DNA of 63,689 nucleotides, counting the filler, from Guillardia theta CCMP2712 (taxonomy: Eukaryota > Protista > Cryptophyta): NCBI RefSeq assembly GCF_000315625.1. It is 5 parts of 5 records of this genome, joined end to end, with 100 filler letters (N's around TTAATTAATTAA, not from the genome) between each part and the next. Parts side by side here need not be neighbours in the genome. Positions count along the whole stretch, not along the records: positions 1 to 15,525 come from NW_005434377.1; 4 more parts are not named here. One strand, 5' to 3'. Below, one piece after another: positions 1 through 12,316 of this stretch (within the stretch, counting starts at the first letter, position 1; every line of letters starts with the position of its first letter). A program made the translations under genes and the position numbers. The notes under the pieces are model-generated. The model was given only the letters and a program-made list of their open reading frames with translations, made no database searches and was not told the origin of the DNA.

Positions 1-2226
1 GATCAGAGCGAGACACTCACAATCTTATTCTGTCGATCCTCAAAAGAGAATCCCTCAAAGTTGATCTGCAGCCCCTTCTGCTCGTATGAAAGCCACACAG
101 GTACATGGTGACCGCCCTTGCCCTCCGGCTCTCCGAACCTCTTGACCACTGTTGTGTTGTCAAAGAAGACGCAGAGGCATCAAAGAGAACGACGACCATC
201 TACATTGGTGAGATCAAAGCTCAATTCATGGGGGAGAGTATCTTGGTACTTTGAAAACCCATCTTGTCCTGTCACCTTGGTCACCACGACGACATCCCGT
301 CTTGAATGTGACCTTCATTGAAGAAATGCACTGCTGATAGAATCACACTTGATGAATGTTGTTCGAAACCTTCACGATTATTTTCTCAGACGTTGTTTAG
401 AGGGGACCTGAAGCTCACATAGTTGTATTCCCTTGCTCTTGCATGAATGATACTCACAAGCCGGAAGCTTTCCTGTTGACGGATACTTTTGGATTTCCCA
501 TCTAGGACCTCACAATGTCAGGAACATTCGTATCGATTTCTGACTTCATCTTACGGTGAAAAGTACGAGATAACTCGCTGTACCTTCTCCTCCTCTTGAG
601 TGAGTCCCAAGCATTCAATGACGGCGTCGGTCATATGGTCCAACGGCGTTTCCCTCCGGTCTTGTTTGATATTCTCTCCTCACTTTCAGAATCTGCTCAA
701 AACAATCTCATGTTTGCATCCTTCCTTGCTTCAGCTATCTACATCCCCCATCCCTCACATGTACAACTCTGTTGACTGCGCGCTCGTCCACAGGCCCTCT
801 CATCGCCCGCCAGTCCTCCTGACTTTACTCAAGACAGATTAAGTAAAAAATCATTCCTGCTGCCAGTCTGCGGCACCGTGAAGGCCCGGCAGTGCCGAAC
901 CCGGAACTTGTGACTCGGAACCCGCCGCCGGGCCGGACCGGCCCGGGCCGCGGGCGGGGACGGAGTCATGGTTGCCTGGCAGTCGGACACTCAGTGGCGG
1001 CTGGGCCGGGCGGGCCCGCCCATGGTATCCGATCATGCCAGTACGCTGATAGTATGAACGGTACATCCATTACTCAAAGTTTCACGGTTTACTAAGTTAG
1101 TTCCTAGTGAACAAGTGGAGTATGTACAAGTATTTGTGAAGCAGTTTGCCCGCAATGTCAATTATGTCATCATCAATCGAGCTCTGCTATCAGTCATCCG
1201 AGTCACCCGAAGTCTTTCCGTGCCAGCAACAGCTACTTTTCCCCCTGCAAAACAAGGCAAGCATCAGATGGTTCAGAAGAAAGGAGGAAAACTTGGCCGT
1301 CAAGATTACCCGTTGCATGTCAACCTGACAAATGTCGTCGTCCTCAGTCTTGCTGACGCTGGAGGAGGTCCTGAGACTGAAACTGATACCTTTGGAAGTT
1401 TCCCTGTCGCAACGCCTTGAGTGCTGTTGACTGAAAGCTGAATCCTGAGAGTATTCGGAGGTGTACTGGTCGCCGAAAGAACTTCTTCTTCACTGGGCGA
1501 TCTTGCACATTGATCGTCCCGTGTCTGGCCACAACTCTGAACGTCCTTGACTTTCGGATCCGCTGCACTTTGGAGGATAAAATCACCATGCGGCCGAACT
1601 ATCTGAATATGTCTTGTCCTATGATCCTCGGAAAGACCTTCTGCCTCGTTACACTGCAACCCAGCCACGACCCATCCACCTGCACTTGAAAGTTCTGTGG
1701 CTTTGGAGAGTGGAGGACATTCTTCAATCTGCAAATCTTCCACGGTAATCGGTGTTTCGTACTTGTTTTCCTTGTCTTCATTGTTCATTGTGTGAAGAGA
1801 GTGAATCTGTATTTGTCTTGAATTCTTCAACCTGGCTCCAACATGAGACAAAAATACTCGTTCAAAACACCTTGATGAAAAAATCTTTTTGGCAAGACCC
1901 TTTGCGTTCCAATTATTTCTACACTTGTTTGGCTCAGGCTAGCGGAATAGCAAAGTTCAAAGTTTCATCAAGACTTCTCTATAGCTCAAAATTCCCGCAG
2001 AAAAACGTAAAACATCCTTATGAGCATTTTCATCGCTAATCTTTTCTATCTCTGCTTCTCCTGTTTCTCGCTGTAGGCCTTGCCTTCCTCTCAGTTCTCT
2101 TGTCCTAAACATTCTATTACACCACTCCACTCATTTACACAGACCAATCTTCGACATCACTAGGTCACTTGTAGGACAAGAAGTCTCCACTAAGAAGTCT
2201 CCACTGTCCAGTTTCTTCGAGCCATC
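1..2226 (-). CDS. Hypothetical multi-exon gene(s); exon structure uncertain, runs off window start
   Basis: Exon-like stretches (e.g. MNNEDKENKYETPITVEDLQ in ORF 1306..1851; TPLDHMTDAVIECLGLTQEEEK near 590-655) bounded by GT..AG pairs on the minus strand; no recognisable domain. Confidence 0.3.
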
Positions 2227-3265
2227 TTCAGCTCGCCTCCATGAAACCACATGTTGATCTCTTCTGCCTTCAAGTTCCCTCTCTCATTGTTGCCACAGCC
2301 ACTGTGCCACTCTGTTTCTACCGGTACCCCCACCCTAAATATACCATATTCATGTACCCGTGGACGGCGGATTCTGAATGAGGACCCCACCCCTCAAGAT
2401 AAATTAACTTTCAGTTTTTCCCCACTGCCTGCCCTCTACACGTAGGTGAAATCACCCAGTGACGGGAGGGGCCAGGGCTGGGGGCGTTTGAAGGAGGGGG
2501 TGGGTGGTTGGGTTTACCCAGCTAGGCTGATAGAGTCCTCGTCAGAGTCTTACTCCTGCTCAATCCTCTCCTCGTCTCTTACTCCTCCTTACTCCTCTCC
2601 TCGTCTCCTACTCCTGCTGCTTGACTCGTTTACCTCTCATCTTCTCCTCACACGCCTGCTGCTTGTCTCGTTTACATTTCGTCTTCTACTGCTTCTCGTC
2701 TTCATCCTTGAAGCCTGCTTTCTCAATGCATGTGCCTTCCTACTCTTAGGGCCTTTCCTCCGCAGCTCGAAATGTTCACATCGATCCTCTGTTCGAGCCT
2801 TGTAAGCTGTATACCTGGACTGTAAGTGAAGACCAAGAGTACAGCACATTACTGTCGCTCGGTCCCCCCCACTCTCCATCCACTTTCCGTTGGGAGTGCT
2901 GATAGCAATAAACATTTACACATGCCTGATAGATAAACAAATTATCCTCTACTTTCATGACGAACAATTTACAAGATCGTTCTGATTAACTTAACTTTGA
3001 ATTGGAGGATCGGACTAAGAGTGACCAGCGGCAATCCCGGCGATGATCTCCGGGTCCGGGTCCAACGCGGTTGAGTTCCTGCATTTATAACGAATGATAA
3101 AGTATTCAATAACCTTCTAGTGTAAGAAAATGACAAATACACAACACACATGCAGGTACTCTTCACCTGCTATCCCTTGACTATACATAACCCTTCCCAA
3201 GTCTTCCAGATACTACACACCCTTCACGCGCGGCCTTCCTCCTTAGCCGACGCCGGCAGGCTTGA

Positions 3266-4558
3266 CTAGCTGTACAACCGCCCCGTGTAGTGATATGAGT
3301 CCACCGAGAAGTAGATGAAGCCCAGCACTATCCCTCCCCCAAACATCCCCGGCACGGCAAACATCGACTTCAGTGACAGCAGCGCGACCCCCGATAGCCC
3401 ATGCCCGCTCGTGCACCCCGACGCAAGCCGGCTCCCGAAGATGGCGCAGAAGCCTCCTATGAACGCCTCTCCCGGCGTCACGCCCTGGAACTTCCCGTAC
3501 GTCCCTGCTGCGTTGGCTGCGATCGCGGCTCCTCCGATGGCGGATACAAGATACACGGCCTGCCACCAGTTGATGATCCCGGTCCTGTATCCGTTCAGGT
3601 GCTTGAACACAACTTGCCAGTTCTGAGATAGCGCAAGAGGCTGAGAGGTATATGTCATGTACGCCGAGCTGCTCCCCAGGGTGTCTTGGACGAACAAGAT
3701 AGCTGGGATCTGTAGGAAGCCGATGATCGCCCCCATAAGCTCTGGGGGGAGCGCCGTCTTCCAAGGCGTCGTCCCTACCGGCACCTCCTCCTTCCACGGG
3801 AAAAACACTTCGAGGATGACGATGAAGATGGTCATGCAGACCGCCAGAGCAAGCGCAAGCCCCCAGAAAGGCACCTTCTTCAGAGGCCCGTAGTCCTCGA
3901 TCTTCGGTGACTTCATCTTCCCTGCCTTGAGGTACGGCTCGATCTTGGGCTGCACCACCCCATACAAGGCCGCGCCCGACAGGCCCCCGATGAGCGTCAG
4001 CCACGAGTAAGGGATGCCTGCTCCGACTTGTACCAGCACCATCCCTGGGCATGACCCTGACAGACACATGCCGCATCCTAGGATGAAAGCTCCCAGAATG
4101 ATCGGTATCAGCCCCTTGCACTGTAGCGAGCTCATGAACCCCTCGCGAGCTATTTCAAAGTGCATGGGGAAGATCAGCGACACTCCCGCGATGCAGTATG
4201 CCGACCCCGCCGACGCTCCCAAGAACATCTTCAGCATGATCTCCCGCCTGAAGATAAACTGCTCCCTGATCACCAGCGGTAGCGTCACCTTCCCCAGATC
4301 CATCGCCGACCCGAAAACAAGGCCCATGAACATGGCTGCGAGGATGCCCTTGACCCATCGCGTCCTCCCTTCCCATGATTGGCTCTCGCTGTTGTTACCC
4401 GCTGCGAGCTCCTCTACGGCTACCTTGTACTGGCTGGGAAGCTTGGGGGAGCTGGTGCCATCCAATCCTTCGTTCTTCATGTCGGTGAAGTCGTCGACGG
4501 GAGTTGTGGTGTAGACGACGTGGGGCTCTACCTTGACGGAGATAGCGGCTTCCGGCAT
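3266..4558 (-). CDS. YeeE/YedE-family sulfur-compound (thiosulfate-type) transporter, copy 1, 430 aa
   Basis: Intronless, Gly-rich multi-TM ORF with family motifs GSCPG and SGCTSGHG; ATG at 4558 shared with the other copies. Confidence 0.85.
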   Translation of the reverse strand: MPEAAISVKVEPHVVYTTTPVDDFTDMKNEGLDGTSSPKLPSQYKVAVEELAAGNNSESQSWEGRTRWVKGILAAMFMGLVFGSAMDLGKVTLPLVIREQFIFRREIMLKMFLGASAGSAYCIAGVSLIFPMHFEIAREGFMSSLQCKGLIPIILGAFILGCGMCLSGSCPGMVLVQVGAGIPYSWLTLIGGLSGAALYGVVQPKIEPYLKAGKMKSPKIEDYGPLKKVPFWGLALALAVCMTIFIVILEVFFPWKEEVPVGTTPWKTALPPELMGAIIGFLQIPAILFVQDTLGSSSAYMTYTSQPLALSQNWQVVFKHLNGYRTGIINWWQAVYLVSAIGGAAIAANAAGTYGKFQGVTPGEAFIGGFCAIFGSRLASGCTSGHGLSGVALLSLKSMFAVPGMFGGGIVLGFIYFSVDSYHYTGRLYS

Positions 4559-5763
4559 CGTACAAGGTAGGGGGGATGAAGGCAGGGGGACGAGATAACA
4601 GCGGAAGAGAATGCGACTCGGGAGCCGGGAGGACGGCAACCCCTACCCCTCTCTCTTCCCTATGCATGGGGGGTTACCCTTCTGCACCATCGGGATGTGC
4701 GAATTAACCCTTATTGAATCCACCCCTCGCCCCAGCCAGATAGACCACCCCTCCCTCTTTCTAGCGCTATCCAGGAGGATTGCCCTCTTGGGTTGAGGTG
4801 TCGGCCCTACCACCCATGCAGAGAGAGGGTAGTCAAGGTCGAAAGAAGGGGTACCACAAGGTACTTCGGCAAGGTCACAGCTGAAAAACGGTCTGCTTAC
4901 ACTGCTGGTCAGATCGGAGTTGTTATCTTGAACGCGGTCAGTACTAAGATGCCAGTGTAAGCTTGCAACGGCGACGACAGGCCGATGCTGCACAGTGACT
5001 GAGAGCCGAAGCCAGTCCGCTCATGCTCATGAAATGTCTCATACTGGAACACAAGCAGAGACACATGAGGCTGTTCCCCTTGCCACCTTACCTGGGTGAC
5101 GCATGCAAGGCCACGGTGAGTCAGTGATAACCTAGTCCCTCCTCTGTGATGCGGAGATAATCCAACAACTGAGCGATAGTGCACTTACGAGTGAACAGAT
5201 GCGCAATGAAGCTAGATTTGATTATGTACGTCAGCGCTCCTGCAACCCGCTTGCCGCGGCTTAAATGCCAATCCAGGCTGCTTATATGTCGATTCTAGTT
5301 GGTGCTCGTAGTAGCACAATGAGTAAAAATGTGTGCTGAACTGGTACCTAGCGTCATGCTTTCATCGTACTAATGCGCCATACGTACAATTTTACACATC
5401 TTGCCAGCGTACGCAACCGCTCACGACTGCTCGCATGGTGCTGCCATGTCCGTTACCAATGTAACGTCATGTGGCTGCAACAACATACTAACCACAAGCG
5501 CTTCCGCTTGCAGCAAGCAACTTGAATGATCCATCACCAGTAGCTCGAGACCAAAGATAGCAGGGTAGAGTTGCTTTTTTAATTGCATAAGGAACGAAAC
5601 GATTCAATAACAAATTGACCTAAGACAATGACAAATACACAACACACATGCAGGTACTCTTCACCTGCTATCCCTTGACTATACATAACCCTCCCCAAGT
5701 CTTTCAGATACTACACACCCTTCACGCGCGGCCTTCCTCCTTAGCCGACGCCGGCAGGCTTGA

Positions 5764-6876
5764 CTAGCTGTACAACCGCCCCGTGTAATGATATGAGTCC
5801 ACCGAGAAGTAGATGAAGCCCAGCACTATCCCTCCCCCAAACATCCCCGGCACGGCAAACATCGACTTCAGTGACAGCAGCGCGACCCCCGATAGCCCAT
5901 GCCCGCTGGTGCAGCCCGACGCAAGCCGGCTCCCGAAGATGGCGCAGAAGCCTCCTACGAACGCGTTCAGGTACTGCCTCATATCCTGGCAGTTCTTGCA
6001 GATAGCAAGAGGCTGGGAGGTATATGTCATGTACGCCGAGCTGCTCCCCAGGGTGGTATTGATCAGCAGGATAGCTGGGATCTGTAGGAAGCCGATGATC
6101 GCCCCCATAAGCTCTGGGGGGAGCGCCGTCTTCCAAGGCGTCGTCCCTACCGGCACCTCCTTCTCCCACGGGAAAAACACTTCGAGGATGACGATGAAGA
6201 TGGTCATGCAGACCTCGATCTTCGGTGACTTCATCTTCCCTGCCTTGAGGTACGGCTCGATCTTGGGCTGCACCACCCCATACAAGGCCGCGCCCGACAG
6301 GCCCCCGATGAGCGTCAGCCACGAGTAAGGGATGCCTGCTCCGACTTGTACCAGCACCATCCCTGGGCATGACCCTGACAGACACATGCCGCATCCTAGG
6401 ATGAAAGCTCCCAGAATGATCGGTATCAGCCCCTTGCACTGCAGTGTGCTCATGAACCCCTCGCGCGCCCTCTCAAAGTGCAAGGGGAAGATCAGCGACG
6501 CTCCCGCGATGCAGTATGCCGACCCCGCCGACGCTCCCAAGAACATCTTCAGCATGATCTCCCGCCTGAAGATAAACTGCTCCCTGATCATCAGCGGTAG
6601 CGTCACCTTCCCCAGATCCATCGCCGACCCGAAAACAAGGCCCATGAACATGGCTGCGAGGATGCCCTTGACCCATCGCGTCCTCCCTTCCCATGATTGG
6701 CTCTCGCTGTTGTTACCCGCTGCGAGCTCCTCTACGGCTACCTTGTACTGGCTGGGAAGCTTGGGGGAGCTGGTGCCATCCAATCCTTCGTTCTTCATGT
6801 CGGTGAAGTCGTCGACGGGAGTTGTGGTGTAGACGACATGGGGCTCTACCTTGACGGAGATAGCGGCTTCCGGCAT
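5764..6876 (-). CDS. YeeE/YedE-family transporter, copy 2, 370 aa, internally deleted (may be non-functional)
   Basis: Near-identical to copies 1 and 3 but lacks 54 nt (junction 6214/6215) and 126 nt (junction 5964/5965), both in frame. Confidence 0.75.
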   Translation of the reverse strand: MPEAAISVKVEPHVVYTTTPVDDFTDMKNEGLDGTSSPKLPSQYKVAVEELAAGNNSESQSWEGRTRWVKGILAAMFMGLVFGSAMDLGKVTLPLMIREQFIFRREIMLKMFLGASAGSAYCIAGASLIFPLHFERAREGFMSTLQCKGLIPIILGAFILGCGMCLSGSCPGMVLVQVGAGIPYSWLTLIGGLSGAALYGVVQPKIEPYLKAGKMKSPKIEVCMTIFIVILEVFFPWEKEVPVGTTPWKTALPPELMGAIIGFLQIPAILLINTTLGSSSAYMTYTSQPLAICKNCQDMRQYLNAFVGGFCAIFGSRLASGCTSGHGLSGVALLSLKSMFAVPGMFGGGIVLGFIYFSVDSYHYTGRLYS

Positions 6877-7856
6877 CGTGCAGCTCTGAGGGCGCTACTC
6901 TGATGAGTACGTTCGACTGTGGCTTGGGGGAGCAGGACAGCGAGGTAGGGGGGATGAAGGCAGGTGGGACGAGATAATCAGCGGATGACGATGCGAGGAG
7001 CCGCAAATTCTGCACTGTTCCATGTCTTCTACACCACCGTTTAGCCTTGCTGTTGAGCTCCATGTCGTCGACGCAGGGTGTCACTGAAGCTGGATCAAGC
7101 ACGGAGCATTAACTAGATGAGTGCCTCGTTTATAGCGGCTGAGCCTTGAAATAGGCTATTTGAACGTTAAACTTTCTCCTGTATGTTTCACTAGTCTTGT
7201 GGTGCCTTCTATAGAAACATTGGGTGTAGTGATGCATGTTGATGAATTGGCGGCGGATATTATTCATCGGGGCAAAACTGTATCGAACGTGTTCGCTGTG
7301 TTCAAGAAATGAACTGATATCTGATAACGTTGACCGTATGATCATCGATCCATTTTAAAATCCTTTGTGGGTCTTGTTTTCCTTTGCGACTGCTGAATTC
7401 ATACTCAGTCGTTCGCGTGACCAAGTAACGCTTTTATTGGTCCCTTGTAGTCCCAGGGTGATTCTCTGTTCTTTGATAAAATCCAAAACGTTTTGTTTCT
7501 GCAATGTTTGAGAAACATTGTTTGTTTCCCCCCATAGCGTAATGTGCTCGATCTGATACAGTGAATTTCATACTTGTAATTTCATGTACATCGTGAATCT
7601 CAATTCGTTGCGCGTTGGTTGGTGATGCACGTCAAAATGCTTGTGAGCCCCGTACTGAATTTTAACTTAACTTTGAGTAAAAGCAGCTATAAAAGTTAAA
7701 AGGAATGATTTTTTCATAGGGCGGTAGGACCATTCTATGGCCCTGTTATAGGAGGATAGGGGCGAAGACCAGGGATAGGAGCTATGGAAGGCTGAGCAGG
7801 CTGAGAGGGAGAGGGTTGAAGCAAGATATCATCTTGTGCTACAAGAAACTGAGAGC

Positions 7857-9287
7857 ATGGAAGAGCAGCGGGAGACATTCGGTTCCTTCCATCAGATCCC
7901 TTCGAACTTTGGGGGTTTTCAAGATACGGTTTTTCAGCCACGATTTCAGCCATTTGTCCATGTAAATCAACTTCAGCCGACCATGCAGCTACCAGGACCA
8001 ACAATCGACTCAAGCTCTCTCCAGTCCATATCACAGTTTCTGGAAAATCCAGGGGGCAGCTTCTCTTACTTGTCGTCCGTGCCTGCCAGTCATGCGCCTG
8101 CTCTATCTTTGCCTGTCCCTCTTCATCCTCCTGCTTTCAAGCTTCTGGAGGTTGCGAATGAAAAGAAAGAGAAGAGACAAGCACGCAAACTCAAGTCTCG
8201 GTTACAACATCGCGGTGCCTGCTACCAGTGTAGACAAAAGAAGTGGAGATGTTCCAACAATCGTCCATGTGAGAAATGTGTCATATACGAAACTGCACAA
8301 TCCTGTGACAAATCAGACATCCTTCATCCTGTTGAACGTCCGCTGCCATCAAAAATGTGGGTCGAGATTCAAGACGATGTCTACACAAACATGGTCGCCA
8401 TGAAGAACGCGTCGGTGTCAGAGGGAGTCAACTTTGCGCTTGTGCGCATCACGTGGGAGATCGGAATGAGCGTGAACCAAGTGCTGCAGGCCTTCAGGTT
8501 CTTGCCTACTAACGTCAAGAAGGTCATCGATGAGTCGATCCAGGCGGTACAGGGTCACGCCCAGAGAACTCTGATGAAGGAGCGGTCGTGCACGACAAGC
8601 CTCAAGGAGCTCATGGCCAAGCAGGAAGTTGGCCGTATCTCTGCATGCGCTTTGGGCACGCATGGAGAATATGAAGAACCGCCAGAACCCTCGGACGAGC
8701 GCTGGGGACATGGGCGATGGTTCTCTCTCGAGTACGACAAGAACACTGCGACAAGGAAATACTACAAGATCGGTTCCGAGCTCGCAGGGCTGCACGGGTA
8801 CCACTCTGAGGAGTTTCTCTCGCGCATCGCCGAGAACAAGCTGCCCATCCACGCTACACACTTCGACATGCTCTGCATCGCTATGGACACCCTCTGCCGG
8901 TATCAGGAGAACACGATGGTGAAGTACTGGAGGTTATGGAAGGAAACCCACGACCCGCAAGTGTTCGCTTCCTCGTTCTTACGCTGTTGCATCATCCGAG
9001 ACTTCGATGCCCTCGGCCGGAAGATCCGAACAGCACTGGTCTACGATCACCTTGACGAGAATGATTTTCAGCAGCTCGCTCAAGGAGGCCAGGGAGACAG
9101 CAATGATTTGCTCGCGATCTCCCTCCTTGACAGGCGATCTTTTCAGGAGTTCATGTCGGAGCATAAGCGCGAGCTGCAGTACTCGGGCAAACTCATGGAC
9201 ATGCGCAAGAAGCGATTAGGTCAAGAGAAGCTCGACGAGTTTGTGAAGCGATTGCAGCATACAGTCCAGAAGTTGGTCGGAGATTGA
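7857..9287 (+). CDS. Zn(II)2Cys6 binuclear-cluster (GAL4-type) transcription factor-like protein
   Basis: A-CYQCRQKKWRCSNNRPCEKCVIYETAQSC fits C-x2-C-x6-C-x5-C-x2-C-x8-C; preceded by a basic NLS-like stretch and a Q/P/S-rich N-terminus; intronless. Confidence 0.8.
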   Translation: MEEQRETFGSFHQIPSNFGGFQDTVFQPRFQPFVHVNQLQPTMQLPGPTIDSSSLQSISQFLENPGGSFSYLSSVPASHAPALSLPVPLHPPAFKLLEVANEKKEKRQARKLKSRLQHRGACYQCRQKKWRCSNNRPCEKCVIYETAQSCDKSDILHPVERPLPSKMWVEIQDDVYTNMVAMKNASVSEGVNFALVRITWEIGMSVNQVLQAFRFLPTNVKKVIDESIQAVQGHAQRTLMKERSCTTSLKELMAKQEVGRISACALGTHGEYEEPPEPSDERWGHGRWFSLEYDKNTATRKYYKIGSELAGLHGYHSEEFLSRIAENKLPIHATHFDMLCIAMDTLCRYQENTMVKYWRLWKETHDPQVFASSFLRCCIIRDFDALGRKIRTALVYDHLDENDFQQLAQGGQGDSNDLLAISLLDRRSFQEFMSEHKRELQYSGKLMDMRKKRLGQEKLDEFVKRLQHTVQKLVGD

Positions 9288-9619
9288 AGAGGATTCAAGT
9301 GCAGGCGGCCAGGTCACTTGATTGGTTACTACGAACAGAGAATCTAGAATCATTTGCTTAACAACAAAGTTTTACCTACAGTCAGTTGGCGCCGTTTAGG
9401 GTTTAACACTTTATGAAGCAGTTTACAGCTGAGTGTTTCATGCTCATTGTGCTCCCTTGGCTCTTTGGGCAGCCTCTTGGAAGTAGCCTCAGCCTTCACC
9501 GGCCACTCCTCCCTGCTCCCCTCCTATCTCCCTCTGAGCCGCATTCACCATTGCTTTGCTCTCATATGATGAACAAGTGCTCTACAAGGCACAGAGGGAA
9601 TTGCCCTGCATCCCAGTGA

Positions 9620-9659
9620 CCTCCTCTCTCTCTCTCTCTCTCTCTCCCTCCCTCCCTCC

Positions 9660-9703
<44 letters not shown>

Positions 9704-9770
9704 CGCTCTCTGACTCTCTCTGTTTCTCTCTCTCCCTCCCTCCCTCCCTCCCCCCCCCCCTCTCTCTTCT
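9620..9770. repeat. (CT)n/(CCCT)n microsatellite
   Basis: Visible di- and tetranucleotide runs. Confidence 0.9.
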
Positions 9771-10539
9771 AGATCGCGTTCCTGCATCCTCCCCGTCAAG
9801 AGGATAGGAGAGAAGTGGAGAACTATTGTTGTTCGACTTCCAGCTCATGTAGCTGTTTTGAATCGAAGATAGACATGCTCTGAGATCAGCTGGAGAAGCC
9901 TTGAGAGTGGTATGTCAGGTGGAAAAATATCTCCGCAAGCATCACTCTATTTCGAAAAATGTTTCCCAGCAGAGAACGCGTCCCATGGTGGCTTGGACGA
10001 AGAGGACGAGGAGGCAGCAGATCGCAAGGGAGAGGTGATCTAGAAACAGTTCAACAACATTTGAGAGTAAATCCAAGTCAAGGCAACTTTCGCACTCTTC
10101 TCTGACTCCTTCAGCACAAGTTGAAGGGGTGGTGAGCATGGAAGAGGTAGTCCTACACTCATGAACAGGGAAAGGCACTGCAAACATTCTCTTCTTGTCA
10201 CTATCAACTGGGGATGAAAGGATCTTCTCGTTGTATTCAAACTGTTGAGAGTCAAAGCTGCAACACAGCAAGGAGCAAAAGAACAACATCTCATACATCT
10301 CTTTCATTCAATCTTCCCACGTCTCTCAGTTGTACAAGTCTTCAGACGTTATTTGCGTCACGTTCATCTGCTGAATAACTCTCATGCCACATGGTTGACT
10401 GCTCTGGTTCGACACCAGCCTAAGAGTTCTTGCTGCTTCCCAAGCTACTGAAACACTTGGTTCGAAACAACTGGATCACTTCCTCTCAAATCTGCAGAGC
10501 ATGGATCGGTAGTGTCGACATGTACTTCCGCCCGAGCTC

Positions 10540-11540
10540 TTCCTCCTCCGAGGACGATGACACGACACGTTCGTCCACTTCACCAGCACCCCTCGCTGGT
10601 CGTTGATGCTTTCCTCGTCCAAGTAGTTGCAGGGCCTCTTGGTCACTTCCCTCGCATGCACGTCGATGACGATGAGGTCTGCCATGACGGATCGCTGGAT
10701 GCTCGTTAGATCGTGCGAGAGGACTTCCACCAATTTGTCGCTCTGCTCGACGAAGTATCAGTACTGCTGGAAGTCCAGCAGGTCGTTAATCGCGATGGTA
10801 GCTAGACGAGTCTAGGCATGGTCGACAGTGGAGATGAAGGCGGCGGGGAACTGAAAGAACCAAGTCTCTCTCACGTCGTCGTTGTAAGCCGCTCTGGCCT
10901 TGATGGTCCAGTCAAACAGACTCTGTCGCATAGTAAACTCGAGATCGCACATCCTAAGCTCAACGCTCTTGGGAGCAGTTGCTACGGGTTGTTGAACCTT
11001 ACTTGTCCTTCTCGGCACTGTTAATTGGGGCAAGATGGATGGAAGGGGCAGACTGAGCTCAAGTGGGGGACCCTCCTCGAAATCAGCAGACGCGATGGCG
11101 TCGAAGCATTTGCGGAGGTGAGGCTGGACGGCCGTGGGGACTCTGATCTGGGACAAGATCGCAGGGAAACTCCATTCTCTTCGTCTCTAGGTAATCTTCG
11201 AGGGTGTTCTGGATCTTTTCCAGGACTTTGTTGGCCTCCTGGAACAAGCCCAGCACACCTTCACCCGTGAATGCCTCGATGCAATTTTGGCGCTTCTTTG
11301 TCTTGTTCATGATGTCGTTTCAACTCTGGTCCACCCGCAGAAACTGGATGGTCTCCTGCGGCAGCTGCTTCTGGACAGCGAACCACACATCAAGAGTCTC
11401 CGAGAGGAGGGAAAGTTTCTTGTCCCAACAGCTCTCGACTTCTGTACAATGCCAACCATGAAGTGGGAAGCAAGCCCGGTCTGCAACGCCGCCTGGTTGT
11501 CCTGAAGCTGTGCAGGCACTTCATCGAGATCTGTCAACCA
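10540..11540 (-). pseudogene. Dynein heavy chain fragment (linker region leading to AAA1), degenerate
   Basis: Pieces ETLDVWFAVQKQ, LFQEANKVLEKIQNTLEDYLETKRMEFP, PTAVQPHLRKCFDAI and DLTSIQRSVMADLIVIDVHAREV match DHC motifs; in-frame TGA at 11320-11322, frameshifts and missing intervening motifs. Confidence 0.8.
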
Positions 11541-12316
11541 GCACGGGAGCGAAGCCTTGAAGGCTTCGTGGAAAGCTTGGTCATTGCCTAAATCTGTTTG
11601 TCAATATCGTCGGGCTTGATCATAGCATTCCAACCCTCCTGCTTCAGGGTCAAGAACAACGCCAGATCCGAGAGAAGCAATTTCACTCTGACCTCATCGG
11701 GCCTACGAAGCTACTGGATACTATAAGCCGCAGTCAATCTCTTACAGTAATAGCTCGGAAAGGGCTACTAATAAGAGCCCCCCTGGCCCCCCCCGCGAAT
11801 CTCACGGCGTCGTGTTCATCAGCAGCACATGTTTGCAACGGCGACGACGGCATGATTGTCATGCTCGGACAGGCCGATGCTGCACAGTGACTGAGAGCCG
11901 AAGCCAGTCCGCTTGTGCTCAACAACGTCTCATACTGGATCACAAGCAGAGAGCAGACACATGAGGCTGTTCCCCTTGCCACCTCACATTGGTGCATGCA
12001 AAGCCACGGTGAGTCAGTGATAACCTAGTCCCTCGTCCGGTGCACCACACGCGCTTCCGCTTGCAGCAAGCCATTCGTACTCTCCACAAGCCGCACGTAA
12101 CCAGCAGCAGATCACACGAAGGAGTTTCTCCTTTTTGCAATGAGAAACGAAACGATTCAATAACCTTCTAGTGTAAGAAAATGACACATACACAACACAC
12201 ATGCAGGTACTCTTCACCTGCTATCCCTTGACTATACATAACCCTTCCCAAGTCTTCCAGATACTACACACCCTTCACGCGCGGCCTTCCTCCTTAGCCG
12301 ACGCCGGCAGGCTTGA

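Noticed and set aside
3243-4514. Long alternative-frame and antisense ORFs over the YeeE copies (also over the 5-phosphatase and RNA repair genes)
   Set aside because: Shadow ORFs from high GC3; no domain signal
6893-6915. CTGATGAG as a hammerhead ribozyme core (also near 13633)
   Set aside because: No stem II/GAAA or cleavage triplet in register; only a small TACTC-TGAT-GAGTA hairpin
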